A stretch of DNA of 64,000 nt. It comes from Paecilomyces variotii. Its lineage: Eukaryota. The DNA is taken from the NCBI GenBank assembly GCA_004022145.1, contig RCNU01000006.1; one strand, written 5' to 3'. Shown here piece after piece: positions 11,798 through 26,364 of the stretch; positions within the stretch are counted from its first letter, which is position 1, and every line of letters starts with the position of its first letter. The notes under the pieces were generated by a model. That model saw only the letters and a list, made by a program, of their open reading frames with translations, did no database searches and had not been told where the DNA came from. Both the position numbers and the translations under genes were made by a program.

Positions 11798-14700
11798 ATG
11801 GATGACCATTCTTCTATGCCCCGTCGGCGCCGTCAAGGCATTTATGGGTTCGACAGTCGTTTCGTTGTTGGGTACGCGTGTTTACTGACTTGATAACAGG
11901 ACCGACTTTCCTCCTTTACTTACTCGAGGGCTTTCTGTTGACAGTAACGACGAAGAGAGCAGTGATACCGGTTACTTGCCTCGTCGAAACCAGCAGAACC
12001 TCGAACAGCAGCGTCTCAGTTGTGCTAGTCCCAGCAGCCCTGAGGGTGCTTTAGTATCTTCTGATTTCGGACCTGGACCGACTCTTGGCCCAGCGGAGCG
12101 TGGTCGAGTGCCATTCCAGGAAGTACCTTCTGCTACTGGTCACCATATTCCTGTGGAATCAGAAGCATCTTCTCTTTCTGATTTTGAGCCTGGACCGACA
12201 CTTCTCCCGCAGGACAATCCTGAAGAGGACACACACGAGGACGAAACCCCTGTCGTACGCCTGATAGATCTTATCCCAAGGCTTCGTCAAGCTCTTTCTA
12301 GCGGTTCTGAGCGATCGAGTCTCTCTCTTCCTCAAGAACCCACACCTCGACGTTCTCGTGCATACACTGAGTTTATCGGTAAGGTCTCTGACAGTGAGAC
12401 GTCTTCCGTATACAGCGTTCAGGGAGTATCTGGCCCGAGTGCAGAGAATCGGGTCTCTCCATGGAGGTAGGCGCTTTTCCCTTTGTCCTTAGATGTGGCG
12501 TGCCTTAAGCTCACACTTGGAAACCAGCTGTGAGGACCGACCGGAAACTCCTGACCTTGAGCCCTTTCCGGTCTATGAAGACCCTTCCCCTGAAGCGTCT
12601 CGGAGCAACCTTCAAGAGAACCAGGACATCGATCGGTCTCTCATTCCACTTCCTCTCAAATCTCGTCTTAAATCGACCACGTCTTGTGAACTTTCTGAGA
12701 AGCGGTTATCACAAGCATACGTCGACGCCCCTGTCCCGAAGCGAGCCTTGAAGCTACCTCCCGGTCATCGACCCCTGCGGCTAACCGTCGAAGAACAAAA
12801 ATTCTCTCGAGAACCCCTGAGAACCTTTGTCCGACAGCACCAGCGAATCGCTAGAGAATTTGCCCGTGATCGAGCCCGTGAGCGAGCCGATACCACCGTC
12901 GACTCTGCCTATCCGCCCTTTTCTCCGGCAAGACGTTTTGACCCTTCGCGAGCTCCAAGCGCCGCCTTTAGAGAACCCAGTAGGAACCCTTCTCATACAG
13001 AGTTACCCGGACTTCTTGCTTCTCCAAGCTCTTTACCCCAGTCTTCTGACAGACGCAACAGGAACCCGAACGTTGCAGACCAGGCTTCTTATTCTCCTCC
13101 GGACGTTACTCCTTCTTCCCGTCGTCCACCGCAACCGAGTCGTGCTCCGCGTCGTACCCCAACCACACAAGCGTCGTCCGTTGGTAATAGGCAACGAACT
13201 CGGCGAGCTACAGACCCACGTCGACCTACTGTCGCTCTACCTGTCACTCCTATCTACCCGCCTCACTTTTTCGAGACCCGAAGTGACAAACGGCGCTTCG
13301 ACCCACTTAACTTCTGTCCGGTTCCAGCTGACGCAAACGTTGACAGCTACGTCTCGCCAACTCCAGCTCGTGTAGCTAGAAGACCTCTTGGCCGACCCCG
13401 CGAAGTATCTGCTCCTGTTTTTACACCTTCTCTTCCGACAGACCTTTCGCAACGTTCTGGCAACAAGGTCGACTCCAACAAGTCAAAGAGACGAAGTAGT
13501 GATAAGAATAGACTCTCTTCAGGTCTTGCTTCGACTCTTCGCAGACTCTTCCGGTCCAGCTCGAAGCGAAGCAGTGAAGAAGTAGAAGAAGTCGGAACGT
13601 CTCTGGCAGACATCGATTCTTTTCTTTCTCCTCACGGATCTACTCCACAGCAGACTCTCTCTCCAAACTTCTCGCAGCATCCAGCTGCAGTTCATGAAGA
13701 CAGGGCACAGAGATCTGCCTTGCCCGACTTCAACTTTCCTTACCACTCTCCCGGAACTGACATACATTTTGCCGCTGCTGGAACTCCGCTCCGTCACCCA
13801 CAGCCATCTGTCTTAGCGAATATCTCTGCCTTGACACGCGCAATTCCTGAATCACCTACTCCGCTGTCACGAAATCATCCTGCCATTCCCAGTCCTGCTC
13901 CTTTTTGGTCTTCCAACATGGATTCCTCACGTTCGTCGGCGCGTATTTCGCGTACTTCACGTCTTCTCGACCCTGCCATGATGGCAATCACCAAGCAAAA
14001 AGCTGAAGCCATGAGGCTAGCAAAAGAGCAAGCTGCTGCTGTGCAGGAAATGTGCCGTCGAGCCAAGACGGATGTCCCTAACTACGAATTCGAAGAGCTC
14101 ATTGGAAAGGGTGCCTATGGTCGGGTTTACAAAGGCCGTCAATTGCCGTCTCGTCAACTAGTAGCAATCAAAGTCATGGATATTGACACGCTTGACTACA
14201 AGTCGATTCGAGACATGAAGGACGAGTCAATCAAGGACTTCATCCACGAGACCAAGGTCATGCAGCAAGTCAAGGACGCAGGAGCAAAGAACATCAATAT
14301 GCTTATTGAAGCGATTTCTATCCACTCTCAACTGTGGTTGGTCTGCGAATACTGCCCAGGTGGAAGCGTCAAGACCCTGGTAAGTTCCGTCCCATTCCGC
14401 CCAGTGAAGGGTGACGCATTCACGTGTTTCTGGTGTTCCTCTGCTTCTTTCATTTTCCGCTGTCGCGTCTATCTCTCCTTCATCCGCTACCACACAGTGA
14501 ATCTCCCCCCCCCTCCCTATATAAACGCTTCACGTGCCTCCCACTTTCTCCTTTCTTTCCTCACCGAACGCATCGGTCATATATATATCCGATATACTCT
14601 TTTCACCTTTCTCGTGACTTGGTCACGTATATACATACACACCTCGCCCTTTTCAGTTTATATTCTTTATTCTTTATTCTTGTTTCTTTATCATATAAAT

Positions 14701-16928
14701 CATTCGGGCGAATATTCTACTGATCACTATATACTGTGGCTCTAGATGCGAGCCACGGGTGATAAACTCGAGGAGAGATTTATCATCTCGATCGCCCGTG
14801 AGCTTGCAGAGGGGTTGCGAGCTATCCACGACGCGGGAATCATCCATCGGGATGTAAAGGGTGAGGACCCAATCTTGTCGAACGGCTGCGGTTGAAGAAC
14901 ACTGCTAACAGAGACACAGCCGCAAATATCCTCATCCATGAGGAGGGGAGATTACAGATCTGCGACTTCGGTGTCGCGGGGGTTTTGCAATCCAAGCTGG
15001 ACAAGCGGTCCACTTGGATTGGCACCCCCCACTGGATGCCGCCAGAGATGTTTTCGACCCGTGGTGGGGGCGCGCACCAGTACGGGAGCGAGGTGAGAAT
15101 GCTTTGGATTCGATACATATGGGATTTGGCTAATGGATCTTAGATCGACGTCTGGGCGTACGGCTGCACGCTCTACGAGATCGCAAGGGGGAATCCCCCC
15201 AATGCGGGTCTACGAGAGCCGATGCAGATCGGACGCCAGCTGACGAGAATCGCTCCCAAGCTGGAGGGTGACGGGTTCAGCAGCCAATTGAAGGACCTTG
15301 TGTCCTTCGCCCTGAACTCCGATCCCATGACGCGCCCCACGATGGCGGATATCCTGGAGCACGAGTACATCGCCAATTCGGCCGAGGCGTATCCCACCTC
15401 GTCGCTGAGTGAGCTGGTACGTATTTACTACCAGTGGGCTCAACGAGGTGGGCAGCGCATCTCCCTGTTCAACCCAGGGGGTGCCATGGCTGCTGAGTTC
15501 CCCGGTGACAATGAGTCCTTCGAGGACTGGAACTTCAGCACCACGGACGGTTTCGAAAAGCGGTACTCAATCATCGATCTCGACGAGCTTTCCGCCTCCC
15601 TGGCCGAACTTGAAGGGGAGATGACCCCCATGGCTCAGCAGCCCGAGCGGAGCCTGTTCGACGACCCTCCCAGTACCGAAATGTCTGCGGAGGAGAAGCT
15701 CAACTTCGACGAACGGGTGAAGCGAGGTGCTGCGGCCATGGAAGGTCTTTTCAACGAGGAAATGCCGACGTACAAGTACGAGACGAAGAATGATTTCGTG
15801 CCCGTGGAAGCCCAGCAAAGATACTCCGACCTCCCGCTCCGAACAGACACAGACCGTTCGTCCGTCATGTCTACTTTCATTGACATGGACCTTGGCTCGT
15901 TCGATTCTGCCCACTACGCCGCTGGTTCTGCTGCCAACCACCCGTTCCAGCTGGCTGACGCAGATACCATTCGTGCCAACAGATCGAGCCTTCGTCGTAA
16001 CGAGGATCAGTCACGTTCGCGGTTGAGCAACATGGAGAGCGGCGACCACCAGGAGACCCCATCGTACCAGCCACAGACAGGCCCCCGCCCGCCAACAATG
16101 GAGTGGACGTTTCCAGCATGTACGCAACCGTCCACTGAAGACAACACCGCAGAGCAGCAGACGACCGTCGCTGCCACAGACCCCCAGACAGAAAAACGAG
16201 CCACCATGGAGTGGTCGTTTCCCGTCATGACACCAGCTGATAACAGTCAGGACGTCGTCGCTGGTCGTCAAGAAGACACCCTCAGAGCGCCAGTGAATCA
16301 GCCACTGACCAGTCGCCTACGTGGACAAGGTGACAGCACGGATGACTCTCGTCCTTCTACCGCGCAATCCGGTGCTTCCATTACTTCCGAGACCGACTAT
16401 GATCCTTTCCGTTTTGACCGTGGTTCTACACCTCCACGGAATGGTCCTCCAGGGAGACACAGAACGCCCATTTCGGGTAACGCTTCAGATGACGACATTG
16501 GATCTCCAGGAGATGTCCTCGAACAATCCGTTATTCTTGATGGACCTGGTCCAGATGAGGAAGAAAACGACGTGGTTCACTCCCCATACTGGTCTGAGCA
16601 ATACCATCCTAATCTTCCTACCGCTCGTCCAGATGGTCCTTCGCAAGCTGCAGGGTTTGGGCCGTCTCGCCGTTCAGAACAGACATCGCTTTCTGGAACG
16701 ACGGTCACGAGCAACCTGCCACACATCACCTTCCCCGAGATCCGTCCTCCAAGCGCTGAGAGCTTGACTGAAGGTGCCGATGAATCGGTTGTTTCAACAG
16801 AGCTTGACAGATTGCTAGGTGATTTCCTTAGTGCTCTATCTGCGACAGGAGAAGCGCTAGCTACGGTCAGCACTGAGCCAACCCGCTATCGAAACGCGAG
16901 TGCCAACCGCAACGGAACTGAGCAGTGA
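11798..16928 (+). CDS. Ste20/GCK-family Ser/Thr kinase, Kic1/Nak1/Pod6-like, with long low-complexity N-terminal extension (short-form start possible at ATG 13918)
   Basis: Kinase motifs IGKGAYGRVY, VAIK, IHRDVKAANIL, DFG, WIGTPHWMPPE, DVWAYG across exons (introns 14380-14745, 14861-14919, 15093-15143). Upstream exons splice in frame via introns 11848-11899 and 12467-12527. Confidence 0.85.
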
Positions 16929-17375
16929 GAATACTCACTTGTATCCGAGCTAATAGCCCCTAACAACCACACATGCGGTCAACGAAACATCATAACATGA
17001 TTTCTTCTTTTACCTGTTTTCACGAATCTCGAAGTTACCGAGAACATTGCATGCATGAGCCACGAATGAAAAGTTTCTTTTCGATGAAGACCGCATTTAG
17101 GTCCTTCTTGGGTGGTTACGATTGAATTCGATTCATCTTTGGTGATGGCGTTGAGGACACGAGTGATTGGCCGATGGCCAGATGGGATCATGGCGTTGGT
17201 GGTGGGATTGATTGTTGTTTTTGAAATTTGTAATTCCTGAATATGTATTACGAGGATCATCCATGAGATCGTTAATTAAGTGTTTGCTGATGAGATCTAC
17301 AACTCTATGAGCTCCAGTATGATATCCAAACGAGGAAATGTAGAAGTACAATTTTCTACAGGTGATTTCTCCCTG

Positions 17376-18633
17376 CTAACTACCAGCAACCGCCTTCTTC
17401 AGAATCGTAAACTCCCCCAACAATCCCAAATGATCCGTTACCCATACATCCAGATCCACAGACTCGCTATCGTCGCTATCGGGCTCAAACAAATCTCCCA
17501 GGTGCGCCTTAACCCCTTCCCCGATCCTCTCCAACGTCTCAGCTTTCACCCCGCCACAAAACAGAATCTTATCCATCCGACTACATCCGAATTTCCGCCG
17601 CAATTCCTCAGGAGCCTGCTGGCCCCATGTATACCCTTCCTCAGTACCGTCCGTTCCACCTAGGGCAAGGAACGCGTCTTGTAAACCGCATTCAACTGGC
17701 GCAGTGAGGTCTTCGGGTGCGAAGGCGTTCAGATCTCCTGCTAAAAGGGCCGCGTGCGGGATAGGTACTGAAATAGGCATGGATGAAGCGGATTCTTGAT
17801 CCAACGGGCCCGAACCGTGCATATATGTAGATGCTATGCGAAGTTGAATGGGCCGACGAGGTGGGTTCTGAGTGAGGCTTTCGAGATGGGTGTTGCAGAC
17901 GCGGAGGGTTGTAGATTTATCTTCATCTTCTGTTGGGTTGGGGTCATCTCTCAGTATAAATTCCATGCCTGCATCTTTCTTTCTGGGCATATATATCCGT
18001 ATAAAATCGAATAGAATATAACAGAGAAAGAGGCGTGGAAAGGGGAGAAAAAAAAAACATACCATCCACAGCCCGAACATTCACATCAACAAATAACCCA
18101 TCTCTCTGCATCCTCGTCGCTTTATAATGGACTCGAAACACCCTCTGAATATCCACCTTCTTCTCAACCAGCGTCGTCGTACCGTAATATCCACCCTCCC
18201 AGAACTCATCGCTTAGATCCGTCACGTAGAAGTTCTCACGGATCCAATCCGTCTCTTGGATTTGCCGGAGGTCTGAATCGAGCATTTCTTGGAAGAAGAT
18301 TATTAATGGAGAAGAGGTGGGTTTTTGTTGGATGTCATGATATAGGTTCTTGAGATATTCCAATGCGGATGCCATTCGTTGTTTGGCGTAGGGGACTAAG
18401 GCGTCGATGTTCCATGTTAGGAGGTGGATTTGGGAGGGAGGGGTTGTTTCGTTGTGTGGATGTGCGTTGCTTGTTTGTGAGGCTTGAAGTTCAGAAGTTG
18501 AGGATGCTGCTGTCCAGGCTTGGTTTGAGGGGTTGAAGTAGTAGAATGGTTGGGGGTATGGTATGTCGCGTTGCCAGAGAGTGGGTGGTTTGCGGGTAAA
18601 TAATCCTTCGGGGAGAAGAGGTGCAGTTGACAT
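17376..18633 (-). CDS. Endonuclease/exonuclease/phosphatase (EEP) family protein, TDP2-like
   Basis: EEP motifs LLTWNID, IFFQE, VCNTHLES, LLAGDLNA, RMDKILF, TDHLGL; one intron near 17980-18062. Confidence 0.85.
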
Positions 18634-19937
18634 TTTGCTTGGTGGGTGAGTAAGTGGTATGTTCTTTGTATTTTTCTTCTTGAGATAGAGAGAGTGGTGA
18701 GTTGGATATAGGAGGATGAGAAGTAGAGTAGGGTATTCTAGGCAACTCTGCTGGATAATAAAGTATTTCCCTAGGCAGAAGGGAGATCAACGAGGATCTG
18801 AGCTTATCTTTTTCATGGTATGACGACTTCCCCGCGTTTGCGCTTATCGCTGCTAACTAACTTTAAATAACTAACCAGTTCTCTGCAATTGCTGGTCAAA
18901 TTCCAACAATTTATGGCAAAGCCACACTTTTTTCGTTTTATGTAAGAAGTAGCGGGATTCAATAATGATAATGTGATGATGGAAATCCGTGGTCTACTAA
19001 TGGAAGTTCCTTAGGATACATGGGACTTTATAGGACCGACTAGTTGAGAATACATTTTCCTTGATGCTGTGGGACTACTTATAGATGAACAGGCAGGTCC
19101 TGACTGAATATCATGGTAGTATTAGGGATCCATGGTACTCTAGCTACAGTTTGCGATGCATATGCACTGAGTATATGGAAGGTTCGGTGCTCGGTCCCTA
19201 TAGCCAATATCGCGGTTATGGAATGATCTGGGATTGTCGTGAGTAGGTTTAGATTAATATGACCTTTGGAAGATAAATCCACCAGGAAAATAGTGTTCTT
19301 GATGGAAAGTTTGCTGCTTCTACAATACATTATAATAGTCTATTCATGATTCGTCCGCATTTGGTCTGTATCGAGTCAAATGCTTAATCATCTTCTGCCT
19401 TGATGGGGGAGAAACGGTTCAAGATGTTACTGCTATTCTCATACCGTGACCGAACTCTCGATTATCCCAACTAGAACTTAAGCGGCCTGTTATATCTGTA
19501 CATCTCGATATTAAGTGGTGTGTTATGTAAAAGATCGAATAGAAGGGAATCTCCATGTGGAACGGCGAGATGGTAACTGGCCTATTGTTGGGGAATATTC
19601 AGATCTAGTAATCTATTGACCTATTCATTGAAACGTAGTGAATAGAATGTTTACATAGCCTTCACTTCGAAGCTTCTGGTGCTGGTGCCTTCCCATGTAG
19701 CGTGGTCTGTTTACTTCGCGTTATGGCCCACTTTCAGATGCGCTGCGCGCCTCCATGAAAACACCATTCGTTCTTCCAAACCTCATATTTCTTCTCCTTC
19801 GTGTCATTCGTTTGTCATTTTGTTCCTATACACTAGTCGTTCCTTTTTGGCAGATATCTGCTTTCCACTCCTGTAGTTCTACTTGCTGTACCAGTCAGAT
19901 ATCAACCGCGTTCATTTTCACATCTTCAATTTCATCA

Positions 19938-21172
19938 TGGCTATTTCCGTCACACGCAAACTTCAGCCGGATCTTACAGCAGAGGAAGACTTTCCCTTGC
20001 CCAGGTCTCCAGAAGATTGGAAGCTTGTACTCGAGAAAGTCAAGATTCTATATCTGAGACGTCAATACAAGCAATGTGCTGCGCGTTCGAACGAGCTTCT
20101 CGAGAAATCTAGAGGAACGGTAAATATTCATCCTAAAACCAACATTTCCTGGATAATATTGACTCTTTTCTAGATTCATGCAGTCTACAAGACATACATT
20201 CATTTCTACATTGCCATCTGCTACGAGGAACTCGGCCGCGCCGCGCACAACTACTCTAGGAACAAGCTGCAATTCCTTAATCTCGCGTTGGATAACCTGA
20301 CGGCTTGCAGCTTGTCTTTGCCCAACGTCATTACCGTGCCAGATATGGAAGACTCGAGTCCTTTTGCTGTTGAAGATTATGGCACGTCTCCATCTGATAT
20401 CTCAACCATCGAGAGTATCTGGAGCAGCAGCATGCAGTATGATCGAGAAGAAACACCAATCGAGTCATCGATTCTTTCAGAAGATGATCCATTCATATCT
20501 CCTGACAGCAATCTCATGAAGGGACTCAGACCGTTGAAGTTCAAGTTGTCTCCTAGAGATATGGAAATGGCCGACCTGATGCCTGCACCACTTCGGATCA
20601 GAAAGCGCTCTCCTCAGATATCCTCTGCTGGCGATACCACATATGACGTGGAGCCTCTCAAGGGGCTTTCTCTTCCCGAGACTCCAACTAAAGGCCGCCC
20701 TCTGCCACCTCTTCCTTTGAAAATAGAACCGGCCAGACGTGTCTTCCCAATCTCCCTCAAAAAGAGCCTGGACACGTTTTCTAGTGAACAACCTTCCCCT
20801 ATTAGTCCACCCCGTGCGGAAGCCATAAGCCGCTACAATGACCATATCCGCTCCTTCAGCGCGCAACTGAATGGTACAATTGCGGATATCTCGCGTCTTA
20901 TTGCATCCGTCACCGAAGTGCAACGACTTCATCAAGCCTCTAAAATCAAACGCAGCTCATCCTTCTGGAGTTTCACGCCTGTTGGCTCACCATCCCTTTC
21001 TCCTCGTCAAGCTCGCGGTCTAGAGGAGACGAAACAGCAACGAATTGCCCGTTTGCGCTCTGAAGGGTGGACTACAGTCGGCTTGAAATCTGAAAATTGC
21101 GGGTGGAAGGGACGAGACTATTATCGTGACCTCTGCTCGGAAGTTTTGGATGAGCTTTATGAGCTCAAGTAG
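19938..21172 (+). CDS. Conserved fungal hypothetical protein (2 exons), helical N-terminus and Ser/Pro-rich middle
   Basis: MAISVTRKLQP...LYLRRQYKQCAARS exon, intron 20120-20173 (GTAAAT..TAG), then a continuous frame ending SSSFWSF...RIARLRSEGW...VLDELYELK*. Confidence 0.7.
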
Positions 21173-21709
21173 GCGGATATGATCCTCATGATATGATAAA
21201 GTGTGGCGTTCTCTACTCTGATTGTCGATTTCCTTTCAATTCGTTTCGATCCAGCATCCCCCCGTCTCTCTCCCTGTTTTTCTGAATGTTTCAGCTTGTT
21301 ATTTTCTCCATTATCTGTTTGCTTGGTTGCCTTGCTACTTTCTATCACTTATTTCCAGGATATGCCAGACGAAGAGCATGGAATGTCATTCGATGGGTTA
21401 GAGTCATGTTATCCCAGCTGGGAACTTTCTTAATGTATAATGTGCCTTCATGAGTGTATTAGTACGGACTGCTAAATGCAAGTTATTATTATTCTATTCC
21501 GCATACCTTAATCACCAGCAGTGCAAAACGCTGTGTAGCTAAGCCAAGCTCACATAGACCTTGGATATAGAAATTTCTCCGGCTGAAGCAATCCCGAGAT
21601 AAACGCCCAAACAAACCAGTACCTGATTCTCAATCCGGGGAGTCCCAATAAGACCTTTCGCCGTTCCTCATGAGATCAATATCTGTGTCCCGAGCCAATC
21701 GCCCTGATC

Positions 21710-22124
21710 TCATAAATCCTTACTCAACCCACCTCCAGCTCCGCCCTTGCCAAAGACACCCTTGATCTCTTCGCCAAGACGGTCCTGAATCTTATTCAGG
21801 TTCTCGTCTTCGATCAGTTGCTTTCCCACGAGGGATTCTATCGATATCAGAGACAATAAGCATCAGTAACCATGTTTACTACCCAATCTATGGACATATA
21901 TTTATGTCCATAATAGCATGATTTCAAGAGAAAGATAGATATATATATAGAGCAAACGAAAAGGAGAAGGGCTACTTACTTTTCAACGGATGCGGGACCT
22001 TCGTCTCGCCCATCCTATCGAGAACGATTTCCTGCATACGCTTCTGATACGGGTCTAAAGCACCAGATATCCAAGCGCCAAGGATCGCGAAAAAGGTGAG
22101 AGTGTAAATGATGAGGAGGAGCAT
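21710..22124 (-). CDS. Small (~90 aa) protein with N-terminal hydrophobic/TM segment, 2 exons (absent from the ORF track)
   Basis: Exon 1 (22124-21980) MLLLIIYTLTFFAILGAWISGALDPYQKRMQEIVLDRMGETKVPHPLK; intron GTAAGT..TACTGAT..TAG; exon 2 (21837-21710) KSLVGKQLIEDENLNKIQDRLGEEIKGVFGKGGAGGGLSKDL*. Confidence 0.7.
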
Positions 22125-23734
22125 GTTTATCCTCGTGTTTGTTGGCTTTTCTTTCCGTTTTTTTCTTGGTGATTTGGACTTTTTGAGTTCAGGTTCATTA
22201 GGGTGGTAGACTGTTAACAGATATGGTTACCTATTGAATTGAGGTGTGTGCCCGGCTGGGTGGCTTCCTGATGAGGGCACATGATCGGGTTATTATTAAC
22301 TGTGTAGTTGGGTGTAACAGTCTCGAGACGCGGGTTCATGGGGTCTGAAAGTACGCGAGCTAGTGACTTGGTGATACTTACCTCAATGTCTAAGGTAGGA
22401 TATCTATGTAGGGGATTGTCAGTTAACTTAATAGCAAGTAAGTACGTAAGTTATCACTGTGGTGTACTCCTAGTAGGTGGAATATAGGATAAAAGCCCGG
22501 TGGTGAGGGACAGATTGTAGTCTATTGCAAAGTTGACTGGGTTTTTTGAACAGCGAATATATTCCTGTGACATCTATGGACTTTTTTCCTTGGTCACAGC
22601 CAACACTGCGCATCCCTCTCTTTTCCTTCTATCCCATCGCATCAGACCACATCATGAGATCTCTCCTGGTGCATTTGTCGACGCTGCGAAATTAGCTTAT
22701 CTGCGTGTCGCTGGTTCATCCAAGTGATGGCCCATGATTAGATTTAAGAGTATCACTTTTTTTTTCCCGGAATCTTTTGCGATAACTCTTTTCAGAAGTA
22801 ATGAGAATACGAACGCGTCCAACTTTGAGGCTGGAGACTGTGGCGGATGCGACGAACGGTTGATCGCTGATAACTAGTTACTGTAGTTGCAGAGGCTCCA
22901 CCGTGCTCCAGCTGGGCGTTTTTTTTTTCGTGACGGCTGAGTCCTGACGCTGCAGCCCCTGCCCCGCTATCCACGACTTTCCTGGGGCTGTGCCGTGTCG
23001 ATTTATGGTACTCGCTTCTGCGACTGACGATTATTATTTGTTCCCCTTTTTTTTGTCGCAGGAGTTGAGTTAGTCTGGTTCGTTAGTTAGGCCAGATAAC
23101 TTATTAGTCTACCGTACATAAATAGTTACTGGATTCGAGGGCCGAGTAACTACTTGGAGTTGTCGCAGTCAATAATTATTTAACTAACTAATTGATCTTC
23201 GCCAATAAGTTAATCTTTCACGGAAAACGACTTGTCTGCCTCGTGCGCACTCACTACTGGCGTGGTGGATTATTATTATTATTAGGTAGGTACTGTACTT
23301 GGCCAGACACAGCGAACTACTACCAAGACAAAACCCAAGCCCCTCGAAAACTAATGAAGTATTATTAGTTAGTTAGCTAGTTTCCCCCTCTCGAACATAA
23401 AACATTGTTAGGCGCCACGAAGCCGCGCCCGATAGCGATCGAGCATCCCAGCTCCCTCCCTCCCCCGCCGACGATCACAGTCCTTCCTCCTCCCTTCACC
23501 GTTTTCCTATCCTACAATTCTCCTTCCCTCTCCCACGGTACGAGAAGGACGAACTGATTCCCTTCGACGCATCGTCCGTGAAGTCTTCGTCGTCGTCGAA
23601 CTTTTATCGGCGCCCACGTCGCGGTCACAAGTGCGGGGAAAGAGCCCACTGCTTTCTCGCTAGCAAACCAACCAACAAAAACAGACAGACAAATCGGAGT
23701 CAGGAGGCAGTTGCCTGATTCCCACTCTGCAAAC

Positions 23735-25485
23735 ATGAGCTGTGAGTACAAAACGATCCGATCCGATCGGTTTTTCCTTTGCTGCAGGATCTGCGTTATG
23801 TATGGCCTCGTGCGTGTCAATTGAGACGCTCTTGAAGAAATGGGGAGTGCGGGTGATCGCGAGGCTGCGATAGCTCGCCAGGATACTGTCAAATCGCTGG
23901 TAGAGCTAGCCTTGGCCTTGCTGGGGGATGGTGCCTCCCTTTTCAACATCGTTGCGCTGTTACTGTATCATGGTCTGCAAGTTTCAGTCCTTGTTCGCGT
24001 CTCTTTTTATCTCCTACAGTTTAGATCTTGGGCTCGGCAATGACTGACACCCTGACTCTTCTACAGTCACGACTATGCTCCATAAGTTCCAGGGGCAGCC
24101 TGAGAGTTACGAGAAGAAGTACGGCTTATCCTCCCTCATCGTCTCATACGGTCCGCATACTTATCCCTATACAGAGCACTCTACCGCTTCGGGAGGACAC
24201 TGGGCGCGGGTACATATGGCATTGTCCGTGAAGCAGACAGCAGTTCGGGAAAGGTGGCCATCAAGATCATCCTCAAGAAGAATGTGAAGGGCAATGAGCA
24301 AATGGTCTACGACGAACTGGAGATGTTGCAGGCGCTGGACCACCCACACATTGTCCACTTCGTCGACTGGTTCGAGTCGAGGGTGCGTCTCTCTCTACGT
24401 GGCGATGGATGTGAGAACAGAGCGATCACGACTGACCCTCAACAGGACAAATATTATATCGTCACCCAGCTGGCAACCGGAGGTGAACTGTTCGACAGAA
24501 TCTGCGAATACGGTAAATTCACGGAGAAGGATGCTTCACAAACCATCAGACAGGTGCTAGACGCCGTCAACTATCTGCACGAGCGGAATATTGTCCACCG
24601 AGGTCCGTTCCCTACTCCGAAAAGCTATTGCACTACTTGCTAATGGTGAACACGGCAGACTTGAAACCGGAGAATCTCCTTTACCTCACATCAGCACCTG
24701 ATTCCCCATTGGTGTTGGCTGACTTTGGTATCGCTAAGATGTTGGATAGCCCGGAGGAGGTGCTGACCAGCATGGCTGGATCATTCGGCTATGCTGCACC
24801 GGAGGTTATGATGAAGCAGGGCCACGGAAAGGCAGTGGACATGTGGTCCCTGGGCGTCATCACCTATACTCTGCTCTGCGGTTACTCGCCCTTCCGGTCA
24901 GAGAACCTGACGGACTTGATCGAAGAGTGTCGGAGTGGACGCATTATTTTCCATGATCGCTATTGGCGCGACGTCTCTCAGGATGCCAAGGACTTTATTC
25001 TGACTCTGTTGCAGCCTGATCAGACCAAGCGTCCCACGTCCGAGGAGGCTCTTCGACACCCCTGGCTCAAGGGAGAGACCGCCAGTGACCACAACCTGTT
25101 GCCTGAGATCAAGGCCTACATGGCTAAGGCCCGACTGAGGCGCGGTATTGAGATCATCAAGCTTGCAAACCGTATCGAGGCCCTCAAGATGCAGGAAGAC
25201 GATGAGGACATCCCTAACCCCGGCGAAGTGTCAGGCGAGAAGGGCCACTCCCGCAAGGCCTCCGGAACCACCGCCTTCCCGCGCTTGCCGGGCTCTGAGA
25301 AAGAGCTAACCGTCGCGGAGACGGAGACGTCGGAAGGGACCACGAAGAAGCGAAGTTTGAGCCATATCGCTCGTGGTGCGATCTTCCGGGAGGTGGTTCT
25401 TGCGAAGGTCCGCGAGATGAAGGACCAGGAAGAGCGCGAGAAGGTGGAACGGGAGGCCCTGGAGAAGGCCAGCCATCAGACATAA
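23735..25485 (+). CDS. cmkA: Calcium/calmodulin-dependent protein kinase
   Basis: Spliced N-terminus [67 protein letters not shown]; CaM-binding-type segment [16 protein letters not shown]. Confidence 0.92.
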
Positions 25486-26364
25486 TCCCCTCGGATGCCT
25501 TCTTCCATCATCTCCGTCTCGACCTCAGCCCTCCCGAGCGTTGTCCCGATCCGCGTCGTTCGCAACTGCGACTTTCGGTTTCTTCAATTGCTTCATCCAT
25601 GATTCCCCCTCTTCGCGTCCAAATGGGCGGTTCTTTCGATGCTCGTGGTATCTTTGTTCTCTGTGACCACTTTGGATTCTCTTTCTCCCTGCGAATGCGT
25701 GGGACATTTGTTGATATGCACTGGATCAGGTCTTGCTGTTGGATTATGCAGGCGCAGAAACGCGCTGCTGTGGTTTTGTTGTCATTGGATGCTGAGTAGT
25801 ATAGAGTATATCATTTGCGACTCGCGCATGGCCTAAATTTACAACCCCATAACGTGCCTAAAAATAATAATAATCCTGAGCGGAGACTGCTCTGCTAAGT
25901 TAGTGCGTAGAAAGAAGCCTAGATAGTAGAAAATAGCTCTTTTCGAGTATAGACTCGATATTGGTGGCGATCGGGCCCAACGTGGGGGACCCGTCACGCT
26001 AGGCCGCCGGTTGATCGCGGCAGGTGACAAGAGCGCGATGACTGTCAGGGCCAGCAACCACCATCACTCGCTCTCTCGTGAGCCTCTCGGCGTAAATATA
26101 TTTCTACTACCTTCTGCTCCATTATTCGGATCTGACTGCTACACTCTTTACCCCCTCTTTGCCCGCCCTGATACCCTCTCCGTATTTTTCGATCCGCGAC
26201 CCCGCCTATCGGGACACAACGTCATAGATCTCGTTCCATAGCCGCTCAAGAAACCCACCGTGTTGTACTCTTGTCATAGCTCGAGGACGAAGCAGTTAGG
26301 CTTAGGCTCCTATATTCTCTGCTGCGTGAACCTAGTTCTCTAGAAGTGCTTTCCCGCCGGCACA

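Noticed and set aside
14380-14745. Hydrophobic C-terminal tail of the 750-aa ORF
   Set aside because: It is read-through of a pyrimidine-rich intron (GTAAGT...TACTGAT...TAG) splitting the kinase domain.
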